A stretch of DNA of 64,000 bases from assembly GCA_041659525.1 (NCBI GenBank), contig JBAZYC010000001.1:725554-789553 (forward strand), written 5' to 3'. Within the stretch, counting starts at the first letter, position 1; each line of letters starts with the position of its first letter. The notes under the pieces were generated by a model. It searched no databases. It had not been told where the DNA came from and saw only the letters and a program-made list of their open reading frames with translations. A program made the translations under genes and the position numbers. This document shows, piece after piece, positions 45,473-55,245 of this stretch. The DNA comes from an archaeon (GTDB taxonomy: Archaea; Iainarchaeota; Iainarchaeia; Iainarchaeales; JAAZKV01).

Positions 45473-48400
45473 ATGAACCCTCTAAGTAGTAATAAGGCAA
45501 TTTCTAATGCAAATAAAGAGTTAAACCAAAAAGGGCAAACAGCAATAGAGTTACTACTTATTCTTTCTGTTTGTGTGGTAGCTCTAGCAATAATTTATTC
45601 TCTTTATTACCAACAAGTAGATTTATCCAATTCTTCAAAAGAATTGACTACTTCTAAAAATACTATTCAGCGACTTATAAACACTGCTAATACTTTGTAT
45701 CTTTCAGGGGCTGGTTCAAAATCTCGTGTTTGGGTTGATTTACCTGATTCGTTAATAATGAGTGGAGCAAATATTATTGGGCGAGAAGTTTCGCTAAGAC
45801 TTTCAAACGGAACGGATATTTTTGGATCTTCTGATGTAAATTTTTTAGGGGATTGGAAAAAAAGGGATGGAAATTATATTACTGGGGGATATTATGCTAA
45901 TTTGGTTTTCAATGGAACTGTTGTAGAAATTTTTTATGATGATTTTGAAGTAAGTAATGAGAGTATTTACATTTCAGCAAAACAAGGCTCTACTACTCAA
46001 AAATCTTTTACAGTGCGGAATAATTCTTCTTACCCAGCGGTTTTTTGGTTGAGTTCAAATTTTTCTCATTCTCCTTTTGCTTCGATTTTAATTGAAACTA
46101 GTGATAGTTATTTTTCTCTCGCCTCAGGTGAATCAAAAATAATTGATTTTAATGTAGTGCTCGCTCTTGCAGCTTCAGGGAATTTTGCAGGAAATATTGA
46201 AATAATTGGTCAAATAAATGATGGATTAGTGGATACTAATATCACTAAATTTGTTTCTGTTTCAGTTGAATCTTTTTTAGAAATAAAAGAATTAATGGCT
46301 TATCCTAACTCAACTTCTTTCTCTTCTTTTTCAGGAATTTTAAATACAAAAAATTTTTCAATTTGCAATACTAGTTCAAATACTATTTCAGATATTACTT
46401 GGAGCAAAGACGGGAATGCTGATGCAAATGCATCAGGATGGTTTTCTCTTCCAACAATTACTAATATTGGGGCTAGTCAATGTACTTCTTTTGATTTAAA
46501 TATTTTAGTTCCAGTCGGAACTGCATCTATGTTGTATGATGCAAATATTACTGCTCATTATAATTCTTTAGCTTCTTCTACAAGCGCTTACATTTATGTT
46601 ACTGTTAATAATCCTTTAATTCCAAGTTCTTATTTCCTTTCAGTTACTCAAAATACTTTTCCAAACAATTATTCTAACTCAAATTTTGTTTCACAAAGAA
46701 CTGATGATAATTCTTGGGGGGCAACTGGGGAGATTGATTGGAATACTCAACTAGTAAATGCAATTTCTTCGCAAGCAAGAGCTTTGGGTTCTGATAATAA
46801 TGTTGCTGGTCTTTGGGACGCGAATTTAATTGCGGTTTATCACTTAGATGGAAATTTAGTTGATTCAAAAAATTCAAATGATCTTACTAACACGGGAAGT
46901 ACTCCAACAACTAGTGGGATGTTTGGATCGCTTGGTTATTCATTTAATGGTTCAAGTCAAAAATTATCAAAAACTTCAGGAGTTTCTTGGGATATTACTG
47001 GGACTCCAACTAAAAGTTATTCTTTTGGAGGGTGGTTTAAACCTTCTGTACTTAGTGGTATTTCAGGAATGTCTTTGTCTGCAACTGTTTCAGTAATAAG
47101 ACTTGCTTGTTCTAGTTCTTCAGGGGTTTGGATTATACAAAATGTTGCTGGTTATTCTAATGCCTCTGGTGGAGTTTGTGTAATAGGTAAATGGCAACAT
47201 ATATTTGGTACTTATGATAAAGATACTAATAGATTAACCCTTTACCAAAATGGGGTTAGAGTTGCAACAGCAATTGCAGATTATAATGGGAATAATACTG
47301 GTGCTACTGCTGACGGAATAAATATTGGTAATTCTCAAAATTATTTTGCAGGGGCTATTGATGAAGTACTTGCTTTTGACAAAACTCTTTCTGAAAGTCA
47401 AGTTCAAGCAATTTATGATTCTCAAAGAGCAAAATTTGATTCTAATTTAGTTGCTTATGTTAAGTTCAATGATTTTAATGGAACTAGTACTATTGAAGCT
47501 GCAAGGGGACTAACAGTTGGTTCCTATAATTCAACTGGATTCACTTCTGGAATGTGGGATTCTAATGCAGTTACACTTGATGGAACTAATGATCATGCAA
47601 TTATTTTTACAGGGCAGGATAATAATTTCAAATATAAGGGAGGGGATATGAGTATTTCTGTTTGGACTGTTCCATTTGCAGATACTGACGGGGGTTATTT
47701 AGTTTCAAAACCTTGGAATGCTGGAGGGGTGTATAATTATTGGGTTAAAGTTGCTGATAGAAATATTAATGTTGTTCTTTACGGGTCAAATGGAACAAGT
47801 ATAACAACCCCTTATGTATTGAACAATTTTCAATGGAATCAAGTGGTAATTGTTTTAACTTCTGATAGAAATATTTATACTTATGTTAATGGAGCTCTTG
47901 TGAATAGATTTCCACATTCTATTACTAATTGGACTACTATTCCTGGTGCAGGGGACATAAATACAAATTTAGCAATTGGATCAATTTATCCTTATGGTAC
48001 TTGGTCCGGGAGTACTACTCTTGCCTACAAAGGAATTATTGATGAAGTAAAAATGTATACAAAAGCTCTTACTCAAGCAGAAATAATTGCGGATTATAAT
48101 TCTTGGTTAGTGAACAAATTTGTTGATTCAAATATTATTGATTCGAATTCAACTGCTGATTGGAATTCAATTAGAGTAAACAAAACTGCTGGATATAATT
48201 TTGGAAAAGAGATTGAGGATTGGAATATTCTAAAATCAATGGGAATTAATGAACTTGGAAATAATGTTGATTCAAATTATTTGTACAATGATGTTAATCT
48301 AATTGGGTTATGGCATTTCAATGACAAAAATTCTAGTGGATGGGTTTTGAATTCAAAAACAAATTTAAGAGATGGAAATTTGTTTGGGAAGGCAGATGTT

Positions 48401-49813
48401 AATGGAGTTGGACTTTGGGACACTAATGCGGGGTTCTTTGATGGAAATGGTGATTATTTTGAAGCAGTAAATCGACAGGATTATAATGCAGGTAATAATT
48501 TTTCAATTTCAGCTTGGATTTATCCAAAAGCAAACGGGGCTGCAAATGGTGGGGATATTATTACAAAATTTTATTCAGCTAGTGTGCCTTATGTTTCTTA
48601 CGGATTAGAATTTCTAAGTACTAATGTACTCGCATTCGGTTCGGGTGCAACAGATAATTCTTACACAAATACTACTACTACTCCTGTTTTAACTTTGAAT
48701 AATTGGTATAATGTGGTTGCAACTTATGATGGTTCACTTAAGAAAATATATCTAAATGGAGTACTTGTTGATTCTGATTCTTATACAAAAACAATTATTT
48801 ACAATACAGGTAATGTTAATATTGGTTGTTGGACCGGGAATCTTTCTGGAAATTGTTTTAATGGTTATATTGAAGAGCCTTCAATTTGGAATCGTGTTTT
48901 ATCCGCTTCAGAAATTTCTGATTTATACACTTACCAAAAACCAATGTTTCAAAATGGTTTAATTGGTTTGTGGCATTTGAATGGAAACTTGAATGATTCG
49001 AGTGGGAACTCAAATAATGGTACTCTTAATGGAGGGAGTATAACTAATGGGTTGTGGGGTACTAATGCATATTTGTTTAATACTACCAATGATTATTTTA
49101 CAGTTGCCAATAGCACTAAATTAAATCCAAAAAGATTTGCTATTAGTGCTTGGATTTATCCTTATCAAAGAGATAAATTAATGCAAATATATTCGCATAG
49201 AGATTCAGCTAATACTGGAAGTGCTTTTTTATTAATTTCTTCAAATAACACAATAATGCTTGATACTTATAATACTAGTCAGAGTAGATTGAATCCAGCA
49301 AGCACTTTTTTAGATTCTATTGATGTTAACAAGTGGATTCATGTTGTTGCTGTTTCGGATGGGGCTAATAAGAGCATTTACAAAAATGGGGTTTTGTTTA
49401 ATAGTGCTGCTTGGGCTTTTGATACTAACACTGCTTCTTCAAATGTTTATATCGGCTCAGATTCACTTAACCCTAATACTTATAATTTTGTTGGAAAAAT
49501 AGAGGAAGTTGGGTTGTGGGAAAGAGGATTGAGTGCCGCCGAAGTAAAAGACCTTTATAGAAAAGGGGTTTCTAAACTCGATTTGAATGTTTATTCTTGC
49601 TCTGATGCGAGTTGTGTTACTAAAACTGGTTCGCAATATATTTCTGATGTGAATAATGGCCTCTGGACTTCTTTGAGTTCTAGTGTAACTAATTCGCGTT
49701 ACCTTGGAGTAGATGCTTTCTTTAAACCCTCAACTAGTTTTGCTGACCAAAACGCTAATATTTTTTGGACTGGGGCTTTCTTGAAAGATTTGAATGTATT
49801 CTTTTACAAGTAG
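45473..49813 (+). CDS. Giant (1446 aa) surface protein with class III (prepilin-type) signal peptide and three LamG/concanavalin-A-like lectin repeats
   Basis: N-terminus …KGQTAIELLLILSVCVVALAII fits the archaeal prepilin cleavage motif. Three repeats of about 200 aa start at about 46800, 48300 and 48950 (e.g. LIGLWHLNGNLNDSSGNSNNGTLNGG…). The protein is Asn/Ser/Thr-rich. Confidence 0.7.
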   Translation: MNPLSSNKAISNANKELNQKGQTAIELLLILSVCVVALAIIYSLYYQQVDLSNSSKELTTSKNTIQRLINTANTLYLSGAGSKSRVWVDLPDSLIMSGANIIGREVSLRLSNGTDIFGSSDVNFLGDWKKRDGNYITGGYYANLVFNGTVVEIFYDDFEVSNESIYISAKQGSTTQKSFTVRNNSSYPAVFWLSSNFSHSPFASILIETSDSYFSLASGESKIIDFNVVLALAASGNFAGNIEIIGQINDGLVDTNITKFVSVSVESFLEIKELMAYPNSTSFSSFSGILNTKNFSICNTSSNTISDITWSKDGNADANASGWFSLPTITNIGASQCTSFDLNILVPVGTASMLYDANITAHYNSLASSTSAYIYVTVNNPLIPSSYFLSVTQNTFPNNYSNSNFVSQRTDDNSWGATGEIDWNTQLVNAISSQARALGSDNNVAGLWDANLIAVYHLDGNLVDSKNSNDLTNTGSTPTTSGMFGSLGYSFNGSSQKLSKTSGVSWDITGTPTKSYSFGGWFKPSVLSGISGMSLSATVSVIRLACSSSSGVWIIQNVAGYSNASGGVCVIGKWQHIFGTYDKDTNRLTLYQNGVRVATAIADYNGNNTGATADGINIGNSQNYFAGAIDEVLAFDKTLSESQVQAIYDSQRAKFDSNLVAYVKFNDFNGTSTIEAARGLTVGSYNSTGFTSGMWDSNAVTLDGTNDHAIIFTGQDNNFKYKGGDMSISVWTVPFADTDGGYLVSKPWNAGGVYNYWVKVADRNINVVLYGSNGTSITTPYVLNNFQWNQVVIVLTSDRNIYTYVNGALVNRFPHSITNWTTIPGAGDINTNLAIGSIYPYGTWSGSTTLAYKGIIDEVKMYTKALTQAEIIADYNSWLVNKFVDSNIIDSNSTADWNSIRVNKTAGYNFGKEIEDWNILKSMGINELGNNVDSNYLYNDVNLIGLWHFNDKNSSGWVLNSKTNLRDGNLFGKADVNGVGLWDTNAGFFDGNGDYFEAVNRQDYNAGNNFSISAWIYPKANGAANGGDIITKFYSASVPYVSYGLEFLSTNVLAFGSGATDNSYTNTTTTPVLTLNNWYNVVATYDGSLKKIYLNGVLVDSDSYTKTIIYNTGNVNIGCWTGNLSGNCFNGYIEEPSIWNRVLSASEISDLYTYQKPMFQNGLIGLWHLNGNLNDSSGNSNNGTLNGGSITNGLWGTNAYLFNTTNDYFTVANSTKLNPKRFAISAWIYPYQRDKLMQIYSHRDSANTGSAFLLISSNNTIMLDTYNTSQSRLNPASTFLDSIDVNKWIHVVAVSDGANKSIYKNGVLFNSAAWAFDTNTASSNVYIGSDSLNPNTYNFVGKIEEVGLWERGLSAAEVKDLYRKGVSKLDLNVYSCSDASCVTKTGSQYISDVNNGLWTSLSSSVTNSRYLGVDAFFKPSTSFADQNANIFWTGAFLKDLNVFFYK

Positions 49814-49887
49814 TCTTCTTTTGAAGACTACAAGTAGTCTCCTTTGGAGAATACAAGTAGTAGTCCTTTTTTGGACTACAAGTAAGT
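49805..49887 (+). repeat. Four tandem copies of TACAAGTAG (includes the stop codon of the preceding gene), each followed by a short hairpin
   Basis: tacaagtag-[agtcttc ttt gaagact]-tacaagtag-[tctcc ttt ggaga]-a-tacaagtag-[tagtcc tttttt ggacta]-caagtaag. Confidence 0.6.
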
Positions 49888-49988
49888 AAAAAACAGCTTT
49901 CCCTAAATATAAATAATGTGATTTTTGCTTTTTTTAGCTCTAAAAACCATTTTATATCAGAATTCCTTTAGTATAAACAGATTTAGGG

Positions 49989-51059
49989 TTGGTTTTGTTG
50001 AAAAAAAATGTTTTTAGAAAAAAAGGAAGAGCTCAATCCTCTCTTGAAACTCTGTTGATTCTAGCTACTGCTTTGTTTATTTTAACTGCACTTGTTTCAA
50101 TGGTTTATGATCAATTAGATTCAGGTAATTTACAGCAACAACAAAAAATGGGTTCAAATGTGTTAAGGACTCTTGCAAAAGAAATTGATGATACTTATTT
50201 TTTGGGCCCAGGGACAGTAAAAAATATTACTATTACAATACCTGGGATGGTTGATTATAATAAATCTTATATTGAAGGAAAAGGGCTTGTGCTTAATGTG
50301 GGGGGAAGTGATTTTGTTGCTTCGACAAAAATAGAAGCAAGAGGAATTTGGCCTAACACTAGCGGTTCTTATGTTTTTCAAATAACTGCTTATGATGATT
50401 ACGTTGGAGTATCAACTCAAGTAGTTAGTTTCAATCCTAGTCAAGTGAATGAAGTTATTCCTCAATTTAGTTCAACTGATGTTAATGTCTCTATTACAAG
50501 TAGTAGTAATAGTGATTTGAATTATTTAATAAATATTGAATTTCCTTCTAGTGGAGAAAATTTAGTAACCCTAACCTCAAGTTTGAGTTCAATTTTAGTT
50601 CCTGCTAATGCAAGCGCAATTGTTCCACTAACTTTGAATTGTGAGAGAGATTCTTTTGGTTCGTATAATGGAAAAATAGTTTTTGTCCCAGTTAATTCGA
50701 CTGATTTTAATGTTTCTGTTCCGATTGATCTTGTTTGTTCTTCTTCCCAAACAAAACTAGGGATTTACCCTATTTACAAATTAATTAATTCAGTTAAATT
50801 AATTTCTAGCACAGATTCTCTTCTTGTGTGTAATGGTTCTTCAGGAGATTTTTCAAATTCAGTAGTTTCTTTTACTGGGGAGGCTGCAAGGTATATTTTC
50901 TCGGATTTTAATGGAACGATTACTGCAGAGTCTTGTCGTTCACTTGATTTAATAATAAATCCAGTTCCTGATGCAAATAATTTTAGTGGAAAGATTTATG
51001 TTTATTCAAGTGGTTATTCTGCAGTAGCAGATTTGAATTTAGTGGTTAGCGTGAGTTAA
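49989..51059 (+). CDS. Pilin-like protein with class III signal peptide
   Basis: MVLLKKNVFRKKGRAQSSLETLLILATALFILTALV; the rest is a Ser/Thr/Asn-rich beta-type domain. Confidence 0.55.
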   Translation: MVLLKKNVFRKKGRAQSSLETLLILATALFILTALVSMVYDQLDSGNLQQQQKMGSNVLRTLAKEIDDTYFLGPGTVKNITITIPGMVDYNKSYIEGKGLVLNVGGSDFVASTKIEARGIWPNTSGSYVFQITAYDDYVGVSTQVVSFNPSQVNEVIPQFSSTDVNVSITSSSNSDLNYLINIEFPSSGENLVTLTSSLSSILVPANASAIVPLTLNCERDSFGSYNGKIVFVPVNSTDFNVSVPIDLVCSSSQTKLGIYPIYKLINSVKLISSTDSLLVCNGSSGDFSNSVVSFTGEAARYIFSDFNGTITAESCRSLDLIINPVPDANNFSGKIYVYSSGYSAVADLNLVVSVS

Positions 51060-51071
51060 AGGGTTTTATTT

Positions 51072-51491
51072 ATGAATAATTTTGTTAAACATAAAAAGAA
51101 TACTCAAAAAGGACAATTGAGTTTTGAATTTATTATTACTGTAATTTTGATTTTGGGGATTTTTATTTATGGGTTATCTATTTTTCAAGCACGAAATGAT
51201 TTGAATTCTTCTTCTATTCAAAAATGGTCTTCTAATGAAATGGCTTGGAAGATTGCAAGAAATATTAATAATGTTTATTTGCTTGACGATAATTCTTCAA
51301 TAATGGATTATATTTATTGGAATGAAACTGGGGCCAGCGTTTCTGTTAACAGAGTCGTTCAGGTTTATTACGGAGAAAATTATTCTGATGCTCCACTTTT
51401 AACAAATATTGTCGATTGGAGAATAACTGACTTAAATGGAGCAATTTATTTTAAAAAAATAAATGGGAGAGTTGTAGTTGATTATTCTTAG
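51072..51491 (+). CDS. Pilin-like protein with class III signal peptide
   Basis: …KKNTQKGQLSFEFIITVILILGIFIYGL. Confidence 0.55.
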   Translation: MNNFVKHKKNTQKGQLSFEFIITVILILGIFIYGLSIFQARNDLNSSSIQKWSSNEMAWKIARNINNVYLLDDNSSIMDYIYWNETGASVSVNRVVQVYYGENYSDAPLLTNIVDWRITDLNGAIYFKKINGRVVVDYS

Positions 51492-52135
51492 TGATTTTTA
51501 TGAAATTTAAGAGAAATTTAAATGAAATCGGGCACCCGTTTTTGAACGAGTGTGGGCACCCGCCTTTGGGCGAGCGCGGGCGCTCCCTACTTAGTGAGCG
51601 CGGACAATCCCCTTTAGGGGATCGCGGGCAATTTTTCTCCCCTGACTTAGTTATTGCGGTAGGGGTATTTGTTTTTGGTTTAATGTTGTTTTTTAGTGCG
51701 AGTAATTCTGTTTTTGCCCAAGCAGAGTTATTTGATTCAAGAAAACAAGCGGATGAAGTAGCTCACTCGGTTTTGAATTCTTTAATTCTTTCACCAGGTT
51801 ATCCTAATGATTGGCAAAAGTATTCTCTAGATGATATTAATTCAATTGGTTTAGCTTCTACTCCTAATATGATTGATAGTAACAAAACAATTACTCTAAT
51901 AAATTGGTTAAATAATACTTCTACTTATTCCTCTTTAAAGCAAAAACTTGGTTTAGGCCCTTATGATATTTTCTTAAAAATTTCTACTGCTAGCGGAGAA
52001 ACCATTTTTGATTCTATTTCGCTTGGAGGAGGAGTAATCGCTTCAGACCCCCAACTCAAAATAGTTTATTCCAGAATAGTTTATTACAATAATGAATCAG
52101 TTATGCTAAATATTATTGTTTCACTTGAGAATTGA
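51491..52135 (+). CDS. Pilin-like/membrane-anchored protein with repeat-containing N-terminal leader
   Basis: Leader GHPFLNECGHPPLGERGRSLLSERGQSPLGDRGQFFSPDLVIAVGVFVFGLMLFF. Tandem 8-aa repeats are each encoded by a 24-nt GC-rich unit and contain RG[QR]; a TM helix follows. Confidence 0.4.
   Translation: MIFMKFKRNLNEIGHPFLNECGHPPLGERGRSLLSERGQSPLGDRGQFFSPDLVIAVGVFVFGLMLFFSASNSVFAQAELFDSRKQADEVAHSVLNSLILSPGYPNDWQKYSLDDINSIGLASTPNMIDSNKTITLINWLNNTSTYSSLKQKLGLGPYDIFLKISTASGETIFDSISLGGGVIASDPQLKIVYSRIVYYNNESVMLNIIVSLEN
51529..51646 (+). repeat. Five tandem about 24-nt GC-rich repeat units (GGGCNNNCC-N9-GAGCGC) inside the 5' end of the 51491 ORF
   Basis: cgggcacccgtttttgaacgagtgt / gggcacccgcctttgggcgagcgc / gggcgctccctacttagtgagcgc / ggacaatcccctttaggggatcgc / gggcaattttt…. 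Strong GC island in an AT-rich background. Confidence 0.6.
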
Positions 52136-52581
52136 TTTTTATGGATAAGAATATTTTTAACGCGAGAAAAGGTTTCATAATTACAGTGGATGCTTTTTTG
52201 AGTGTTACTCTTATTTTGCTTTTAGTGATACTTTCATTTTTCTATCTCTCAAGTACTTCGCTTGATTCTTGGAATGTTGTTGATTTGAAGAACATTGTTT
52301 TTGATTGTGCAAGTGTTCTTGAAAAAAGTCTTGCCCTAGAATCAGCGGTAAAGCAATCTTCTTCTGAAGGAATTTTATTAATTTTAAATAATACTCCTAA
52401 TAGGTATTGCTTTGAAGTTTCTGTACTTGATTCAACTAATCTTTCACCAATAATAACTGTGCTAAAAGCGGGGTGTGTTAAGTACTCGACCGAAATTATT
52501 TCTTACGAACGAGGACTAGTAGTAAAAACTGATATGGATACCTCTTTTTATCTTGCAAGAGTAGCGGGGTGGGTTAAGTGA
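52132..52581 (+). CDS. Pilin-like protein with class III signal peptide
   Basis: …NARKGFIITVDAFLSVTLILLLVILSFF. Confidence 0.5.
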   Translation: MIFMDKNIFNARKGFIITVDAFLSVTLILLLVILSFFYLSSTSLDSWNVVDLKNIVFDCASVLEKSLALESAVKQSSSEGILLILNNTPNRYCFEVSVLDSTNLSPIITVLKAGCVKYSTEIISYERGLVVKTDMDTSFYLARVAGWVK

Positions 52582-53471
52582 GTAATCCTAAAAATAAATT
52601 AAAAAGTAAAGGAAATTTTGTGAGTAATTTTAAAAATTTCTTTTCAAACAAAGGTTTCCTTTTTACTATTTCAGTCATCATGTTTGCTTCCACTTTAGTT
52701 ATTTTTGCACAAAATTATTCTCAAATTAATTCATCAAGTGAGCAACAAATAATTGTTTCTACAAAACCACTAAATCTCTTAATGCTAAATGATGATGTTT
52801 CCTTTGATTTACAAAGGTTGCTTGGTTTAAGCATGGATTTTAATTCTTCTAACTTAGGTTCGTTAACAATTTCAGGGGTAATTGATTCAAGTGCGAATGT
52901 ATCAAGTGCACTTACTAATTATGAAACTTTTTTGAATAATGTTTTATTTCCAAGGATTGCGGGGGATCAAGTAATTGATATTTCTTCAATGAAAGACGGA
53001 AAAGCGGCGCTAAACTTTGGAAACAATTTGCTTCTTGATTACAATTATGGTAATAATATGGAGTTCTTATCTATTGGTAAACCTATTACTGGCCTTGACA
53101 TTGATTTGGATTCAACAGGGAGTACAATTGATTATACTTGGTTGGATAAGTCAACGGGTTCAGTTCCTGTTAGAATAAAGTACTCTAATGATTCTAATGG
53201 TTTTTATCTTTCTGAATCGCTTGATGCTAATGCTGTTTCAACTCTTCAAGTATTTTCTCCCGATGGAAATGTTTTGTTAGTATTTGGAAAAGTAACTTCA
53301 AGTGGAGTGGATTACAATTCTTCTTTTAGGATAAGTTCTCCGGGTAAAGTGAATTATTCTTTTACTGCAAATTATTCTAATTCAAACCCTCTTCCTGTTA
53401 AAATAAATGCTTCTATTAGAAATTCTTCTGAAAAGATTGATTCAAACTCTACTCTAGTACTTAGAAGATAA
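52578..53471 (+). CDS. Pilin-like protein with class III signal peptide
   Basis: …FFSNKGFLFTISVIMFASTLVIFA. Confidence 0.5.
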   Translation: MSNPKNKLKSKGNFVSNFKNFFSNKGFLFTISVIMFASTLVIFAQNYSQINSSSEQQIIVSTKPLNLLMLNDDVSFDLQRLLGLSMDFNSSNLGSLTISGVIDSSANVSSALTNYETFLNNVLFPRIAGDQVIDISSMKDGKAALNFGNNLLLDYNYGNNMEFLSIGKPITGLDIDLDSTGSTIDYTWLDKSTGSVPVRIKYSNDSNGFYLSESLDANAVSTLQVFSPDGNVLLVFGKVTSSGVDYNSSFRISSPGKVNYSFTANYSNSNPLPVKINASIRNSSEKIDSNSTLVLRR

Positions 53472-53609
53472 ATAAAGTTCATTGAGCAGAGTTAGAGTTA
53501 ATTGCTATTTTTATTTAATTAACTTTTATTTTAGCTAGTCTTTTCTTAAGAAAAAAATTAAAAAAAGATTGGACTCCCAATGAAGGGAGGTCCTTTCAAA
53601 AGAGATTAT

Positions 53610-54074
53610 TTATGCGCATGTTCCTACTAGATCCGCAGTTCCTTTTTGTACTTTGCTATTGATTGTTGTTGAATCGTATCCTATTTGGATATAATCCTTA
53701 GGGTATGAGTACTTTGAACCAGATGTGCAAGTAACAGCGATTGTCTTTGATATTGTTGCTCCGGGTGCTACGTTGTCTGAATCAGTTATATTTGAATCAG
53801 TTGCTGTGATGTTTAAATCATTAAAGTTCATTGATTCAAATGTATTGTTCTTCAGAACTATAGTCATTGAAGTAGTACTTCTTGTCCAGTCAACTATTGC
53901 CCATGGTTCTGCTGATTTCCATGCACTTTTAGCAGTTGTTTCTGGTATTCCGCTTCCTTGGTTCATTATTTGTAACAATAATCCTACTACTACTAGTGCG
54001 ATTACTACTACAATTGCTATGATTACCAAGTATTCAATTGTACCCTGTCCTTTTGTTTTATTTAGTGTTGCCAT
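53610..54074 (-). CDS. Type IV pilin-like protein (class III signal peptide)
   Basis: MATLNKTKGQGTIEYLVIIAIVVVIALVVVGLLL is the classic archaeal prepilin N-terminus. Confidence 0.65.
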   Translation of the reverse strand: MATLNKTKGQGTIEYLVIIAIVVVIALVVVGLLLQIMNQGSGIPETTAKSAWKSAEPWAIVDWTRSTTSMTIVLKNNTFESMNFNDLNITATDSNITDSDNVAPGATISKTIAVTCTSGSKYSYPKDYIQIGYDSTTINSKVQKGTADLVGTCA

Positions 54075-54192
54075 TTAGATAACCTCCTTTCGAGTTTTAT
54101 TACCAGATTAAAGGTTTTGGAAGTATTTAAATCTTATTGTGGGGAGCTATAGAGGGCTATAGGATTTGTATTCAAGAGTTTTGAATAATTTG

Positions 54193-55245
54193 TTAGATTG
54201 AAAAATTACCTAGTAACCCGCCTACTGCTGTCACGAAGATGGTAAACAAAATTAGTCCTACAATGATCATTATGGGGGCAAATTTGAGTCCGTCCTTTAT
54301 TTTTCCCCCTCCTAAAATTCCAATGAATATACTTGCTAGTAACGAGTTAGTAAATATTACAAAGTAAGCAATGAGTTTCATAAAATCAGCAGTAATAGTA
54401 ATTGTTCCTCCGCCTAGTCCAGATTGTTTCATTAATTCGTCATTTCCTCCTCCAGTTAATCCACTTGTTTTCACTTGTATTCCTGATAAAACATTCAAAA
54501 ATTGCACACTTACTGCTAAGAGCATTGGAGATGCTATTATTACAACAAATAAAATAAACATAGAGTACATTTTTGTGGAAGTGGCAAGTTCTTTTTTTAG
54601 TTGGTTTGTTTGTTTAATATCTGCGGCAGTTGTTTCAATTAATTGAGCTAAGTGTCCACCTGACCTGAGTGCTTGTGAAAAGAATTTTGTAGTGTCTGAT
54701 AATACTTTTGAATCAATTCTTCTTCCAATATCACGCAAAGCATCAGAGAATGATTGAACTCCTAAACTTTTTTGAGTAGCAATTTTTATTTCTTCACTTA
54801 GTGGACCAAATTCGGGTCTTACTGCTGAACGAAAAGCATAGAAAGGACTCATTCCACTTTTTAGATTATTTCCGACTAAGAATAAGAAATCTGGTAAAAT
54901 ATTTTCAACCATTTTTTTTCGTCCATCAATAACATAAGAAATATGTAAGTAAAATAGTGCACTTGTTGCAAGAAAAGCAACTATTGCAAGAACGAACATT
55001 AATGCTAATTTTATTGTTGGGGGAAAATATATTTCCCAATTAAGTGCTACATTAAGCAAAGGAAACAAGCTAAAGGGGATCAAAAATCCAATTGTTGCCA
55101 TTAAAGTAGCAATGAATAATCTTAATCCTATCCAATTTCTTGCGTCATCCTTTGATCCTGCGTAAGTAAGTGCAACTTTTACTTTTTCTTCCATGAATTT
55201 TTTTGGAACAAGAATTGAAAACATTTGTGCAATAATTTCAAACAT
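54193..55245 (-). CDS. TadC/FlaJ-like (type II secretion system F-domain) membrane protein
   Basis: 350 aa. A cytoplasmic T2SSF-like helical domain sits between TM segments. Confidence 0.6.
   Translation of the reverse strand: MFEIIAQMFSILVPKKFMEEKVKVALTYAGSKDDARNWIGLRLFIATLMATIGFLIPFSLFPLLNVALNWEIYFPPTIKLALMFVLAIVAFLATSALFYLHISYVIDGRKKMVENILPDFLFLVGNNLKSGMSPFYAFRSAVRPEFGPLSEEIKIATQKSLGVQSFSDALRDIGRRIDSKVLSDTTKFFSQALRSGGHLAQLIETTAADIKQTNQLKKELATSTKMYSMFILFVVIIASPMLLAVSVQFLNVLSGIQVKTSGLTGGGNDELMKQSGLGGGTITITADFMKLIAYFVIFTNSLLASIFIGILGGGKIKDGLKFAPIMIIVGLILFTIFVTAVGGLLGNFSI

Noticed and set aside
51529-51646. GC-rich tandem repeats as a possible mini-CRISPR array
   Set aside because: The units are contiguous 24-mers with no unique spacers, they are in frame within an ORF, and they are degenerate copies of one another. 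This does not fit CRISPR architecture.
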